Below are positions 13,301 to 26,934 of a stretch of 64,000 nucleotides of DNA, one piece after another. The notes under the pieces are model-generated. The model was not told the DNA's origin, made no database searches, and saw nothing but the letters and a program-made list of their open reading frames with translations. The stretch lies in the NCBI RefSeq assembly GCF_030684315.1, contig NC_081358.1:121433031-121497030 (forward strand), written 5' to 3'. Both the position numbers and the translations under genes were made by a program. The DNA comes from Stegostoma tigrinum. Taxonomy: Eukaryota. Positions within the stretch are counted from its first letter, which is position 1; every line of letters begins with the position of its first letter.

Positions 13301-15987
13301 TTTTGTTCTAAGTGGGATGAAATACCAGCTGTATAACACTATGTTCAAATTAATCTCTCTATCAGTAAAGCACAGCATAAGAAAAAGGTCAGCCCTAAGG
13401 CAGATTGCATCTTGAACTTTAAAATGTTGAAATATTACATAAATACAAACTGAATTGATCCCAAACACAAATAGACATGAGACACACTCTTGTTAAAAAT
13501 GGCAAATGCACTAATTACATTGATGCCATATCGCCTGAGCTTCCACTTTCAATAAACCACCTTAAACAGTATGAAACCCAGACAAAAAAGTGTTGGTTTT
13601 ATTTACTGGTAATGTTATATCAGCTGGGAAAAAAAACTTAATCACTTGAATAAGCTCCACTTCCGGTAGAGTTTGTGTAAAATTTAACCTTATGACTGGT
13701 CAGAAACTGAACTAGTGCATTACTTCAAAGGCGTTTATCATGAATTGGAGGTTATGGTGCTAAAGGTTCAAACATATGCTGAAAATTAGTAGGACAAGAA
13801 GAAGGATGAATAAGAAAGCCTTTGAACTCAAACTAGAAAAGAGAGGAGTCATGAGGCTATGAAGAGAATAACACTGGTAAAGTACAAAAATATTTATAGT
13901 CCTTGTGCCAAAGATCCCGTACGTCTAATTAATAGAGGTCACCTCATCAACATCCACAGAATTTTACAACTCCAATTAAAAAAGGCAAAACTTTTTGAAG
14001 TCTTTCTTAGCCTCTGTCCCTTGATGCTGAGCCCCCTTGAGGAAAAATAGCCATACTTTAAAGAAAGTTAACATAATGGTGTAAATTGGTACAAATCAGT
14101 GTGCGTTACAAATAGGCAAAATAGGCATATTACCAAGGATACACAAGGATAGTTCTGGGGCTTTGTTCCAGTGAAATTGATGATATGCAACCACGAGAAA
14201 ATGCATAAAGGTCTGGAACTTCAGGGAGCAATAATCAACTTCAGATTGCTGCTCCACTCTGCCTTTCACCTGCCACAACATGGCTCTACAATTCTGCATG
14301 GACCTTCTAACCTCAGGTTCTTCAGAAAGGCAGAACATTTCTTCAATCAAAACCTTCACTGCAATGATGGAGTATCAAAGGGAAGACTGGACATGTGCCC
14401 TATCTGTTGCACTAACAGCCCTAAGGTAAGGTGCGTGTTAACATATGAAGGCTCGTGATTTGATGAATGTGGGTGACTGGATGAATCAAGGATTGAGTAA
14501 ATGGGGTGGATAAGTGAGTGAGCTAAGTGAGTAGGGTGGGTAAAGCAACAGGTAGACAGGCAATAATGTGGCAATTGGGAGGTGTGGGTGATCTGGGAGG
14601 TTGAGCAAGTGCATAGGTGTGTCAGAGATCATAATTGGCTCAGGGATGGTCAAATGGTAGGCTGGGCTGGGGGAGAATAGAAGAGAGAGACAGAGATATG
14701 GGGAGGCCACATCTGGGGTCGCAAGCAGAATCTCCTCTGAGCAGCAACGTTGACTGTGGACAGGGATGATTTAGCTCTGACACTCTGGCTCTGGTTGTCA
14801 GGAGCAATCCTGGACCCACTGTATCAATTCTACGAACAACATGGGATTGACAAGAACTTAAACCACAAATTTCAGAAAACATTTCCAGCAGCACATTTGC
14901 TTGTTTTTGGTCTGGTTCAGAGACCAACATGGTGAAAATGTCTATCTGCATTGACTGGGTAGAGTCAGAAGTCAGCAAGTGCAAATTAGTTACTGTCTGA
15001 GTGATGGAAAAACTAGGCGCTCACATGGCTGAGTTGGAAAGGTGGGTTCAAACTTTACTACATTTATGCTCCTGACTGTCTGTTCCTTACTTCAGGCTAG
15101 TGATTTTGCTTAACAGGGAACAAGACCGAAAGGGGAAAGAGGTAGGTGAGTGCATGTGTATGGGAGTTACAAAGTGAGCTGGATGAGTGGGTACAGATTT
15201 GTACTGCCAAGAGAGGTTGGTGTGTATACGTGAGGAAAGAGGGTGTTGGTAAGAATGGTGTATATGCTGAGGTGGAGTGACTGATTACAAGGTTAAAGAG
15301 ATTTCAATAATCATCTGTCATCAGTGAGTATGAAGAGTTTGGCTAAAACCTGCAGAAGTTCACAAATTAATATTTAAAAAGTGTTTTGAAACATAGATTT
15401 CCCTATTTTACACATTTTGATGTATAGTTTTAAAAGAACACATAAACATAAATAATCACGTACTCCATGTCTCTATTTCACTTTACAGCTGTATTGTTTT
15501 TTCCAGGCATTTTGCTTTGTGTTAATTCTCAGCCAACAAAGCATGTTTAAATTGGAAAATATTGGGAAGTACTGGGCTAAACATTTGTTATGGGATGAAT
15601 AGAGGGAAATTTTCTCATCTTTTGCTGAGGCAGCATTCTCTCTCCTTCAAGTTTCCATTATCTCCCCTCTTCAACAAAAATCCCTTTATCCCTTTTCACA
15701 TCTGACCCAACCTCTTTTCCTCAGCAAGGTCTTGGTCCCCATCCAACTCCATGCTCAGCTCTCCAAAAGGCTCTCTGTCAGAATCCCTTCACTTAATCAT
15801 CACTAAAGCGTTATTAGCAAAGGAGCAATGAACAAGGTACATGATCAGAAAGGATCTACTGAACAAGAAAAAGACAAGACAATTAGAGCTCTTGAGAGCG
15901 ACAAGGTAACCTCATGATAAAGGTGAACTAATTATTTAAATACTAGAAACCAAAGGTCTCTTGACAAAAGATCAAAACTTAGCATCA

Positions 15988-16616
15988 GCCATGGCTCAGT
16001 ATATCATACGCTCACCTTAAAGTCAAAATAAATTTTGGTTCAAGTGCCGTGGTAAATATTTACGCAAAATGTATATTCATTCATCATTCAATTATCTATG
16101 TGTTCTCCTTTTTGGCAGTCCCTAGATCATTGCCTGCCAGAGTTTCATCCCAAGTTAATTTTCCACTTTCAGTGGAAGGGGAAAATCCTAAGTCTATATC
16201 AATTTGAAGAAGAACCAAACAATGCATGAACCACTTGCCCATCTCATACCAACCATCTAGGAGAATGAGGTAACCAGTCCCCTATAAACTGATCATCACA
16301 GTATATCACTGAGTGCTACACTGTTAGTTGTGCCATCTTTCAGATGATTTGTCAAATTGAGGCCTCCATCTGATGTCTCAGGTAAATATAAAACATCCCA
16401 CAACACTATTTCAAACAGCAGTACTTAATCACCAATACCGCTACAGTTTATCACGTCATAATCACATTACTGTTGATGGAGAATTCGTGTGTGTAAATCG
16501 GTTATCACATTTCCTTCACAGTCGATGGTCACTGCATTTCAAATTTACTGCAATGGCTAGAAAAATTTGGGATATGCAACAGTGGAAGTCTTTACAAAAA
16601 TGTAAGTCCTTCTCTC
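15988..16616 (+). mobile_element. Interrupted Deu-domain SINE remnant
   Basis: tRNA-like head (gccatggctcagt...ggttcaagtgcc) and body gagtgctacactg...tttcagatg...tctcaggtaaatataaaacatccc. Confidence 0.45.
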
Positions 16617-17064
16617 TTCATTCTGAAATGGTGCAGTTTAAGTGAAACAGAAGACAATTCACTATGCTGAGGTCTTGAACTAAGGCAGACTGTGGCAGTT
16701 TGATAAACGTGGGAGTTAAAGAATCAATCTCCTGCCTTAGAATCTAGTACTAATTGCTGCTAGTTCTTTGATCCAAATCAACTTTTTTGGTAGGGTTTAA
16801 TTCGAAAGGTAGACATTTGAGTCACTTCCATGGCCGAGGACAGTGAAAACAATCTCTCCTGGTGGGTACGACTACTGTAGCTTGGATGGTTAGTTAATTT
16901 TAATGCTACAGTATAACTCAGTTTCTATTTTCTGAACTTCCAGAAGCTGATACAGGGAGATTAGGCAGGGAGCTTTCAAATCTTCATGCTTAAGCGTCAA
17001 AAGCCAAACTCCTTCCTCTTCCACAGTTCAAAAACCAGTTCTGGGGAAATTTTCACTGGAACAT

Positions 17065-17430
17065 GGGAGGTTGAGGAGTAACCCTACAAGAGGTTTATAA
17101 AATCATACAAGGCATAATTAAGATAACTATGGTGTGGGAGTTCAAAACTAGGGGACATACTTTTAAGGTGAGCAAAGCAAGGTTTAAAAGAGATATGATG
17201 GGCAACTTTATTGAACTGAGAGTGAATCATGTATGGAATGAACTGCCAGAGGATGTGGTGGATGCAAATACAGTTACAGCATTTAAAGGACATTTGGATA
17301 AGTACATGAATCAGAAAGGTTTGGAGGGATAGGGACCAAATGCAGGCGAGACTATTTTAGTTTGAGAACATGATCAGCATGGACTAGTTGGACTGAACAG
17401 TCTGGTTCCATGCTGTAGAACTCCACAAGT
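17065..17430 (+). mobile_element. CR1 3' fragment
   Basis: ORF 17129..17332 (TRGHTFK...WNELPEDVVDA...FKGHLDKYM). Confidence 0.85.
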
Positions 17431-18773
17431 CTGACATGAAACATTAACTGTTTCTCTTGTCAAAAATGCTGATATTGTCCAGAATCTTCTGTGTTTGCAA
17501 GAGGGCAACGCTTGCAGTGCGAACTGAAGACATCCTGTTCAGTTATCCCCATAATAAAAGGCATGATGTCAAACACGCAGTCTGATAATTTGATTTCAAT
17601 GGGTGAGTTGACAGAATTGGAATTCAATGCCTGCACGTGAAAACTAACATTGCTTTTTTTTAAAGACGATAACACTGAGGTGAAGGATGTAGAGCGAACT
17701 GGAAGGGTCAAGGATAGGTCTCTGCAGGACATCAGAGGTAATGGTGCAAAGGCAAGAAGCAAAATTCATCTTTCTGCAGGTTTTCAAATTCCTTTTGCTT
17801 CATGTACAAAAGCGACTCGTCAGATTTATATTCCCAACGTCAAACCCGCCATTCTGCATCCTTTCTCTCACATCAGTACACTTGTTTGACTTTGGAAAAA
17901 TTGCTGCAAAGGTCAGCTGTGGGAGGGCTAAAGGAGGAGAGACTGTTCTAAATTTTGTTCATTCTTAAAACAAGTCATGAGTGATGTTCAGAAGTTAGCA
18001 AAAATATAGGCATTGGATTCAAATTCTACATAATTCAACATCTGTTTAAATACTAAATGAAACATAAAACTCCAAGTTAAAAGCACTTTGGGAGCAGATG
18101 TTTTATGCAAACTCCTCAATGTGGCATCATGAAGTTTCACTAATCCTGATGAGTAGGGACACTGCTTAACAGCCAATTGTTTTCATTCATGACATGTTTA
18201 GAGTGGAATTCTATTTTTCGTTTTTCTGTTTCAGAAATGCATTTATCCACTTTCTAATGGTACAATAAAATCACCAATCACCAACAAAATATTAAATAAA
18301 TTCATACACAATTGCAATGTCTCAATAACCAGTGCAAGAGATGATTCCAGACAATGGGTGATGTTTGGTTTGTTGAAAACTGGTTTGGGATTTAAGCAAG
18401 ATCCCAGAGGTTTCAGGATCGGTCAGAAGTACTCAGCATCACACAATGCTCTCTTCCAAAGGAGGTTATCCCACAACTGATTAATCAGATCCAAGCGTTG
18501 AGGTCCAGCCACAGCCATTGGTGATTGGCAATTAAACTACTAACAGGAGAAGGCAATTCCAAAAATATCCCCATCCTCAACACCTCAGTGAAATTGACAA
18601 TGCTGAAGTACTTGTATCCAATCTTTAGTCAGAAAAAGCCATCGCAGCCTCCTTCTGTCATCCCAAGTATCACTCAATATGACATCAAAAGACGGGTACT
18701 GTAAAGGCTGCGAGACCTTACAAAATTCCAGCAACTGTACTTATGTTTTAAAACTAGCCATTCCCCTCGCAAA

Positions 18774-18931
18774 ATAAAAACCAAAAGAACTGTGGATGCT
18801 GTAAATCAAGAACAAAAACAAAGTTGCTGGAAAAGCTTGGCAGGTCTGGCAGCATCTGTGAAGGAGAAAACAGAGTTAATGTCTCGGGTCCTGTGAGCCT
18901 TCCTCAGGACGCTGAGGAAGAGTTTTGTTTT
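18774..18931 (-). mobile_element. PLE family-2 3' end with short inversion and degenerate 15-bp TSD
   Basis: Minus-strand CTGAGGAAGGCTCACAGGACCCGAGACATTAAC; flanks cattcccctcgcaaa (18759-18773) and cattcctctcacaaa (18932-18946). Confidence 0.7.
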
Positions 18932-19014
18932 CATTCCTCTCACAAAGTTATTCCAATACAGATAAAACACTGGTATCTACCTGGCAATCAAGCAGCTCTG
19001 ATGAAAGGCTGATC

Positions 19015-19600
19015 TAGAGTCATACAGCACAGAAAAGATCCTTCGGTCTGACCCGTCAATACCAACCAACTTTTTCCAAACTAATCTTATCCTACGTGCT
19101 TGTGCTTGGCCCATATCCCTCTAATTTTTTCTTATTCATGCACTTGTATGTCTTTTATATGTTGTAATTGTACCTGTGTTAAAACGGAAGTTGCTGCACA
19201 AGCTCAGCAGGTCTGGCAGCATCTGTGAAGAAAAGAATCAGACTTAATGTATTGGGTGCAGTAACCCTTCTTCAGAACAGTTCTGAGGAAGTGTCACAGG
19301 ACCTGAAACATTAACTCTGATTTTTTTCTTCAAAGATGCTACCAGACCTGCTAAGATCTTGCAGCAACTTCTGTTTTTGTTTCTGATTTACAGCATCTGC
19401 AGTTTTTTAAGAGTTTATTCTATGTTAAAATATTGCCCCTTAGGTTCCTTTGAAATCATTCTTCGCTCACCTTAAAAATATGCCTCCGAGTTTTGAACTG
19501 CACCACCACAGGAAAAAAATCTTTGCTTTTCACCTTTTCTATGCCCCTCACTATTTTACAAATCTCTATAAAGGTCACTCCTCAACCTCCTAGGCTCCAC
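19015..19600 (-). mobile_element. CR1 3' fragment interrupted by the PLE fold-back at 19185-19419
   Basis: CR1 3' UTR and ORF2 end on both sides of the insert. Confidence 0.7.
19185..19419. mobile_element. PLE family-2 fold-back element with HHR motifs on both strands
   Basis: Inverted arms centred at 19279 (cagaac-a-gttctg); plus-strand agtt-CTGAGGA...GAAA-CA-TT-aact at 19279-19316; degenerate minus-strand mirror copy. Confidence 0.8.
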
Positions 19601-19939
19601 CTCTTTACCCACAAGGGTCATAGCTTTTACCCTCATTACACCCAAATATGAACACAGGAGTTGGGCTCCAGACATAGCAGAGAGTCAGAGTCATAGCCCT
19701 TGACATCAAGGCTGAATTTGACCAAGTGTGGTCACAAGAAGTCCCAACAAAGCTGAAGTCAATGGGAATTGATTGGGGTCGGGGGGCTGGGGTGGTTTAA
19801 TATCTGGCACAAAGTAGGATGTTCCTACATGCTAACGGCTGCAGATGTTCAATAAGGCAGCTCATCAGCTCCTTCTCCAGGATTACTAACAATCCAGAAT
19901 AAATGCAGGCCCATCCAGGAAACTGCATATTTCCTTGAA

Positions 19940-20700
19940 ACAGTTGAGCCAGTCGAGTCTGTTTCACCTTTCAATGAGATCATGACTGATCTGCTAATCC
20001 TCAACTTCACTTTCCTGCCTTTTCCCCATAACTCTCGATTCCCTTCCTGGTTAAAAATTTGCCTAACACAGCTTTAAATATACTTAATGACCTGGCCTCA
20101 ACAGCCCTTTTGCAGTAAAGGCTTCCACAGATACATGCCCTTCTGAGAGATGAAATTCCTTCTCAGCTCTATCTTAAATATGCTTATCCCTTATTCTGGG
20201 ATTATGGCCCCTGGTCCTCAACTCTCCCATAAGGGGAAACAAGGTTTCCACATCTACCTTGTCAAGCTCCCTGAGAATCTTATATGTTTCAACAAGATCA
20301 ACTCTCATTCTTCTAAATGCAAATGAGTACGAACCTTCTCTGGATTGCCTCTAAAGCCAGTATACATTCCTTAGATAAGGTGATCAAAACTATTCACAGT
20401 TCATTTTATTCTAGCTGTCATCTGACTAGTGCCTTGTCTAGCTTTAGTAAATCCTCCCTACTTTTATACTCCATTCTATATGAAATAAAAGCCAACATTC
20501 CATTTGCTTTCCCTATGACCTACAAATCTTGGATATGATTTTGAGGTTCAGTGACAAGGTCTTGCAAATCACTCTCTTTCATAGCTTTCTGCAGGCTTTC
20601 TCCATTTAAATATATTCAGCTTCTCTATTCTTCCTCCCAAAGTGCATAACCTCACATTTCTCCACATTATATTCCATCCACCAAGTTTCTACCCTCACTT
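19940..20700 (-). mobile_element. CR1 fragment, decayed
   Basis: Similar to 1978-2465, plus upstream ORF2 sequence. Confidence 0.75.
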
Positions 20701-20914
20701 AATGTTACTCTGTGATCCTGTAGCACTCCACATGTTAAAGAGAAACAAAAGAGCATAAAGGCTTATGCTGATGAAGTTAGATAAGAACTGGGGAGGCTCA
20801 AGTGTAACAGAAACACCAGAACAGACTGAGTAGGCTGCCTGACTTGTTTCTCTGCTGTGTGTCTTAATAGTAAAGCATCTTTCACTAAAATGAGTAAAGG
20901 CATCCAAAATAGTG

Positions 20915-21128
20915 TCAAAGTCACAGCTTCTTCCCCTCTGTTATCAGACCTATCCTCATATATCTTCTCTGTAGCCGTAACACTATATTCTGCATTCTCT
21001 TCTATTACACTGACATACTTATGTAAAGGTATGATTTATCTGGTTAGCACACACTGCAATATTTTTCAATGTACCTCAGTACATATCACAATAATAAACT
21101 AAAACTAAAACAAATCAAATCAAAACAA
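20915..21128 (+). mobile_element. Rex1/Babar-like LINE 3' end
   Basis: acagcttcttccc...ttttcaatgtacctcagtacat...aataaa with a (caaat)-like tail; similar to 29580-29875. Confidence 0.5.
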
Positions 21129-23382
21129 ACCTCTCTTGGAAAATTCTATCCCAATAAACATCTTAATTTTATGCCTTCAAATAATCCAAGTGTTCAGATG
21201 GAGGTGGTTTAACTACTGTCCTTGAAGTTTGCATTGCTGGCCATTGATAACCAAAGGAAAATCCTGTTGTGGCTCATGAAAGATATGCAATAGTGTATGC
21301 TTTTGCTGCATAACACTTGGATGATGTCAGTAACAGACTAGACTTTGAGAAATCTCAAAATAAGCAAGGCCTCTCTCATTCTACTGCCTGGCTTCCACAA
21401 GGAAAGGAAATTGTGTTTGGTTTCCAAACAAGTCCAAGGGTGCAACAGGAAAACTTTGATTTCACTGTTTCTTCCAAATACAAAGGCAAGCACTTTAATT
21501 CTTATTTCATGCAGTCCAAAGTTAAAAGCCCAGACGTGACATGTTCAAAGCAACTGTACATGTGGATCTACCCATTCAATTTGATGCAGAAACCTTACAG
21601 AAATAGGGTATCTCCACTGCAAGAACACTGTCTTTCTCGCTGATTGCAATCATATATCATGTAATAGAATATAAAGTACTGAAATAATTTAAGGGTAATG
21701 CAGGCTTTTTTGTGTTGGGCCAAGAAAGAGGTGAGGACATGGCAAGGTGTAAAGGTTTCAAATTACCTCCAAGCACAAAAATTTTGGAAAAGAGGTTAGG
21801 TGGAACAGCAAGAAATGCTCCTAAGTACAATGGAATAATAGTTGAATTCCTAAATGGGCAACAGGGTCTCTTGCTGCCTTTAAATCATTTGTCATATTTA
21901 AACCAAATCGAACAATAAACTATATAATCTGTTGTGTTGTGCTTTCCTACTCCATTGTCTAAGGGGCTGTAATTTAACAGAATATTACCCAAATATGTGT
22001 TAAGTGATTGAACATATGTTTCAATACTGTAAGTCCAAAAGAATTCAGTGCTCAAAGGGCTGATGAAATCTTACTGGTTAAGTGTTGAGGAAAAGGGCAT
22101 AAACATTGAGGAAACTGTTAAAGATCATTAGCTTTAATCGTTTGAGGGCCGAATGTCTGTTCAGTTTTTTTTTGTGTTTGATTTTCAGCACAAAACATCT
22201 GCAAAAATCATTGGGAATTCTAATACTACAAGTTCAAGTAAAATTTGAGAAATGTTTAGAATAAAAACAGATATCTCTGTTGACAGTATTACTTCATTCT
22301 TTTCTTGTAAAGTAATTTTTGTTTCCTTTTTAAAATTTCTCACTTTTGCATTCTTCATTGATTGTCAAGTAGAAGAACTGGCAAAACATCCAGCACTGTG
22401 TTACAGCTGTCTTACAAACTGCGAATGAATGTCCAAGAATAACCTGCAGTTTGAGGATTTCTCCTGTTTCTGGAAAAACTGTTCACATTCACTCAGTACC
22501 ATGTTCCACTCCATCAATGGCACCTCAATGATTTGGTACTAGTTAATTGCTGACTGTCAAAACACTACAAATACTCTCATTTCAGAACATGTGCAACCCT
22601 CAAAGGACAGAATAACTGACTGGTAATTGCCAATTCAGCTACCAGCTGGAATGGTAGGAGATAGATTTCCTGCTACACAGTTAAATAAAGGAAAAGCCTA
22701 AATATGAGGAAAATAAAATCTTGCAAAGATGGACAATAAAGGAACAAATTTGGTTTCCCTAAAGAATTAGAAAGTTGTTATTTGTTCTTATCCTGCTTTA
22801 TTGCAGTCAAGAGAACCATACAATTCTATGACATTTTGGGAAAATAAAATTAGATATTCAGCACATAAAGGGTGAACGAGAACATATTTTTTCCACCTGT
22901 AGATAAAATTTTACAGCAACAAGATACTTGGAACAGAGTGAATATTTAAATTTCCACATCTGTTCTGGCATAAAAGAAATTCAGACTGTCAACTAGCAGT
23001 CTCTTGTAATTCCCTTATCCAGTCTTAACATTAACTGACCAATTCAAGCGAACGCATTTTTCTGTTCTGTAAATTGTTGTCAACTGGTAAGAAAGTATAA
23101 GAAACTTCCCAATACTGGTACCCAAAACACTCAAAATATTGTTCAATATATGACCTTAATCAGTGTATTATATCCAATTTGGATTTGTGCTCATTATTGA
23201 AAGTTAACCACCAGTCTTCCAGGACTATTTGAAAGAGTTTTAACTTCAATTATTTGCAGCAAATAGTATTAAAGTACAATAATTTAAAGATCCAAGTTTC
23301 AAATACTACAGGTATGATACACTGGGAAAAAAAATTCAGTATTCCAACATGTTTTAATACAATAAATAAGGTTGAAGTCATT

Positions 23383-23438
23383 GAGATAACAAGGTGTAGA
23401 GCTGGATGAACAGAGCAGGCCAAGCAGCATCGTAGGAG
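23383..23438 (-). mobile_element. PLE family-1 short fragment
   Basis: gagataacaaggtgtagagctggatgaacagagcaggccaagcagcatc. Confidence 0.75.
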
Positions 23439-24814
23439 GGAGCATTACTCCTCATACAAGACGCAAAGCTTAAAAGACTTTGGTAGGAAGGAAGAGAAGG
23501 ACTTGATGAGTTGTCTAGAAGTAGCAGCAATCACTCCCAGACCACTCCTGACAAGTCTGTGTCAGTCACGGCTACACAATTCTGAGTGTATAAAGAGTTT
23601 TGAGTGTCAAAGACCAGCACTCCCTTATAAAACTGAAGTGTAATCAGGGTTTCAGCGGAGCAATATGCACAGTATCACTGACATTAACTGTTTTTACAAG
23701 GATCTGTCTAGAAAACTGACAGGATTGGTGCGAAGTGTAACACCCATAATGTGGCCAAATTTAATCCAACTTTTTCATTGTGAAACAGTCCGGGTCTGAA
23801 GCAGTACTCACTTTTCATTCTCCTCTCTGATTTTGCCAATCATTGCACTGTGTGGAGAGAAATGTGGTTTATTTAACCAGAGTTCCACTCTATCCCTTCG
23901 ATTTCCCACAAAGTTAAACTTGCCGTCAATGAAAAAAAATTCCAATAAAAGGAAACAGACATTACATTATTTTGCCCAGTCAATTAAGACTACTTATCAC
24001 TGGATTAAAAAGTCCTGGAACACCCTCATTAATTGCACTGTGGTTATCCCTACAGCCAATGACTAAAGCATTTCAGGGCAGCAGCTCACAACTGATGCAC
24101 CAGGGCAACTAGAGATGGTAATAAATGCCAGCCTAGATGACAACGCATACATCCTGTGAACAAAATAAGTACTAAATGCTGTTCTCAACAAGAAATGGAA
24201 GCAGAAAAGGCACTCAAAAAGCATGTTAAAAATCACCTGGCTTAGGATCAGATGTTCTAATTGTTTCTGAATAGGTTTCAAATCTTCTGTTTGCCTCCTG
24301 AGGATTTAAACTCCTGCTTGTTAGTTATCTACAGCCTAACATGTCAGTATTTGTTTTTGGTTGGTATCCTGTCTATACAGACAACGGGTGGCTTAAAGTC
24401 AACTTAATCAAAAATGGTATACTCATTGCTTAATGCTTCAACTATGGCCCCATCACCAGGTTCAAAGATATTCAGGAGTTGTTAACACAGTGGAAACAAA
24501 TAACAACGAGTGGTGTCTTCGTAGTCACAGTAGTATTCCATGGAATTTGTTACTTAGAGATTCATTCAAGACATTATATATCCCACTCAAAGAAAGACAA
24601 GGATGTCTAACATTCCTTCTTGAATGAATGTTTATTTAAAAAGCATTGGGTCATAATAAATTAAATATTATTGGTAAGGTAAGGCTAATAAAGGAACTGC
24701 AAACATTTATGTCTAAGTACGACAGAAAAACAGCAGATGCAAAATTAAATGCGCAAATGTAGAAGCTGTTGTTCGAGATAGACCACTATGTATATCAATT
24801 GGCAGAAACGACAA

Positions 24815-25033
24815 TAAAAGCAAAGTGCTGGAAAAATCCAGTAGGTCCGGTAGCATCTGTGGAGAAAGAAACATAGTTAACATTTAAAGTCCAGCATGTT
24901 TCATGTTCATTCTGGATTTGAAGCATCGATTCTGTATTTCGCTCTTCAGATGCTGCCAGACCTGATGGGTTTCTGTAGCAGTTTCTACTTGCATTTCAGA
25001 TTTCCAGCATCTGCAGTATTTTGCTTTGATTTT
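24815..25033. mobile_element. Old PLE family-2-related fold-back
   Basis: Inverted arms (ggtccggtagcatctg / cagatgctgccagacc) with the apex near 24900, inside a decayed HHR. Confidence 0.65.
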
Positions 25034-25696
25034 AGCAAAAACAGCATCCTGCTGCTTACCTAATTGCTGAAAAGCATTAAACAGGACGAATTTGCTGGAT
25101 CTATTCAGTAAATGTGAAACTTATCACAGAAAGTCTCTATTTCAATTTAGGTATCTTTTTAACAACTAACATTTTCCCCAAAAAAATGCATACCCCATCC
25201 TAGTGCAGTTAGTGGATGACAGCCACAAAACACAAATTGCAGGCAGAAAATCAATCTCATTCACTGACAGAAGTGCTAACTCCAGGTGAAACTAACAGGA
25301 GAGCTATCTTACCTCTATTCTACCTAGAAATAGTGGTTTCACTTTTTGTATCAGCGAAAAATGCCCCTGGAAAATCACTGTGCTGTAATCACACCCTCCG
25401 AACAGTGATGATGTTTTAGCATCTGAGTTTTACAATTCTTCAGCTGCAGGATAAAAAAATCTTTAAACCTCCTAATATTCCCACTAAAATGATGTACATT
25501 TTGTGAATCAACACAAAATATGACGGATAAATATAAACTTAATAGATTATACAGAATAAAGATAGATTCATGATTCTAAATGGGAATTGAATGATATCAG
25601 CATAACTTAGCCCAGTTAATCCAACCCTTCTATTTCCGGCCATTGTGCTTGTTCTTAGCTCCTTGCACTGGATAACATTAACAAAAAAAAATCACT

Positions 25697-25789
25697 GTGC
25701 TCCTGAGATGCTGCTTGGCCTGCTGTGTTCATCCAGCCTCACATTTTATTATCTTGGAATTCTCCAGCATCTGCAGTTCCCATTATCTC
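25697..25789 (+). mobile_element. Young 93-bp 5'-truncated PLE family-1 insertion with perfect 15-bp TSD
   Basis: TSD CAAAAAAAAATCACT at 25682-25696 and 25790-25804. Confidence 0.88.
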
Positions 25790-25889
25790 CAAAAAAAAAT
25801 CACTTTTCACTTAACAGACAAAGGCAACAGTATTTAACCTGAAATCAAGCTTAGAGTATAACACACAGACAACTGCAACCAGCATAGGA

Positions 25890-26480
25890 AGGCCGAGACT
25901 GCAGTTTCAGCAAACCGATTCAAAATCTATTCAAACCAACCACTGGATGAGATGTTATTTTTAAAAAACTGACTGAAGATAAGACAAGTTATTACCCGAG
26001 TTTCAAAAAAGAACGGACGCCTTCCGTTAACGGACTTCATAGGCTGCTTCTAAAAACAGCAACACCATGTAACAATGCCAGAAACTTCGGCCAATGTTGC
26101 AACATTAGTTTGAAACAGCAGTAACAACTTTTCAAGCATGTCACGAAACAGCAATTAACACCATTACTGGGTGCACATATAATAATACATAACTTGACCA
26201 CCCATTATCAGTCATCGACAGAAACATTCCACTGTACTGTCCACTTCCTATGGTAACGGCTAACTCTTCCAAATCATTCTGAAAATAAGTCGACAGATAA
26301 TTTAGGAGGCAGCAGCTGCAGCGATTGATGATTTTAGGCAGTAATTAGATTTAATCCCATCTCCTTGTTCCAAATTCAGCCAGTGCCAGTAGCTGATGCA
26401 AAAGTTCAAAGTTTTCCAGCTGTTCGCAAACCAAAGTCTGTGCTTTTTCAGTCTGCTGCATTCCAGATTTCTAAATCTGC
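25890..26480. promoter_or_regulatory. Candidate intronic regulatory element (MYB-type palindrome, RFX X-box, CpG retention)
   Basis: TCCGTTAACGGA 26023-26034; CTTCCTATGGTAAC 26244-26257; no recognisable repeat; more CpGs than the flanks. Confidence 0.35.
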
Positions 26481-26934
26481 ATCCAAGTTGTTGTTCCTCT
26501 GTGATAAACTATTAATTCAACTAGAAGTTAACCAAAGCAAGCTGTTTTATATCTTAATGAGCAACCGATCAAAAACAGAAGATCTACCATAGGCCAACTA
26601 TCCTATATTTCCCCAAGCTCTCCAAGCTAAATTTAAATTTTCACACATTAACCATTGGTAACTTACAAGTTTCTGTTAGCTAACATTGTAGAATAGCTAG
26701 ACTTGCACTGTTATTATTGCACCAGAATTTCATAGCCCCAATTCAAGGTAATTGACGCCACACGATGAATGCATGAAAAACACTTGCAAGTGGCATTAAG
26801 GCCTCAAGTTGAAAATCTTTTGAGAGTTCATAAATGGCCCTTAAAATACAATTAACTATCGCACTTTTTTTGAAAGAATGTTATGGATTTAAAATCTACT
26901 TGAGCTAATAATTGATAGAGTATTTTGTGGCAGG

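Noticed and set aside
14640-14984. Possible Harbinger Myb/SANT-like relic between purine-rich tracts
   Set aside because: Similarity too faint by eye; no TIRs or transposase motifs found
18996-19010. Isolated CTGATGA (also at 18146) as an HHR or C/D box
   Set aside because: No stem II/GAAA partner or terminal stem; expected by chance
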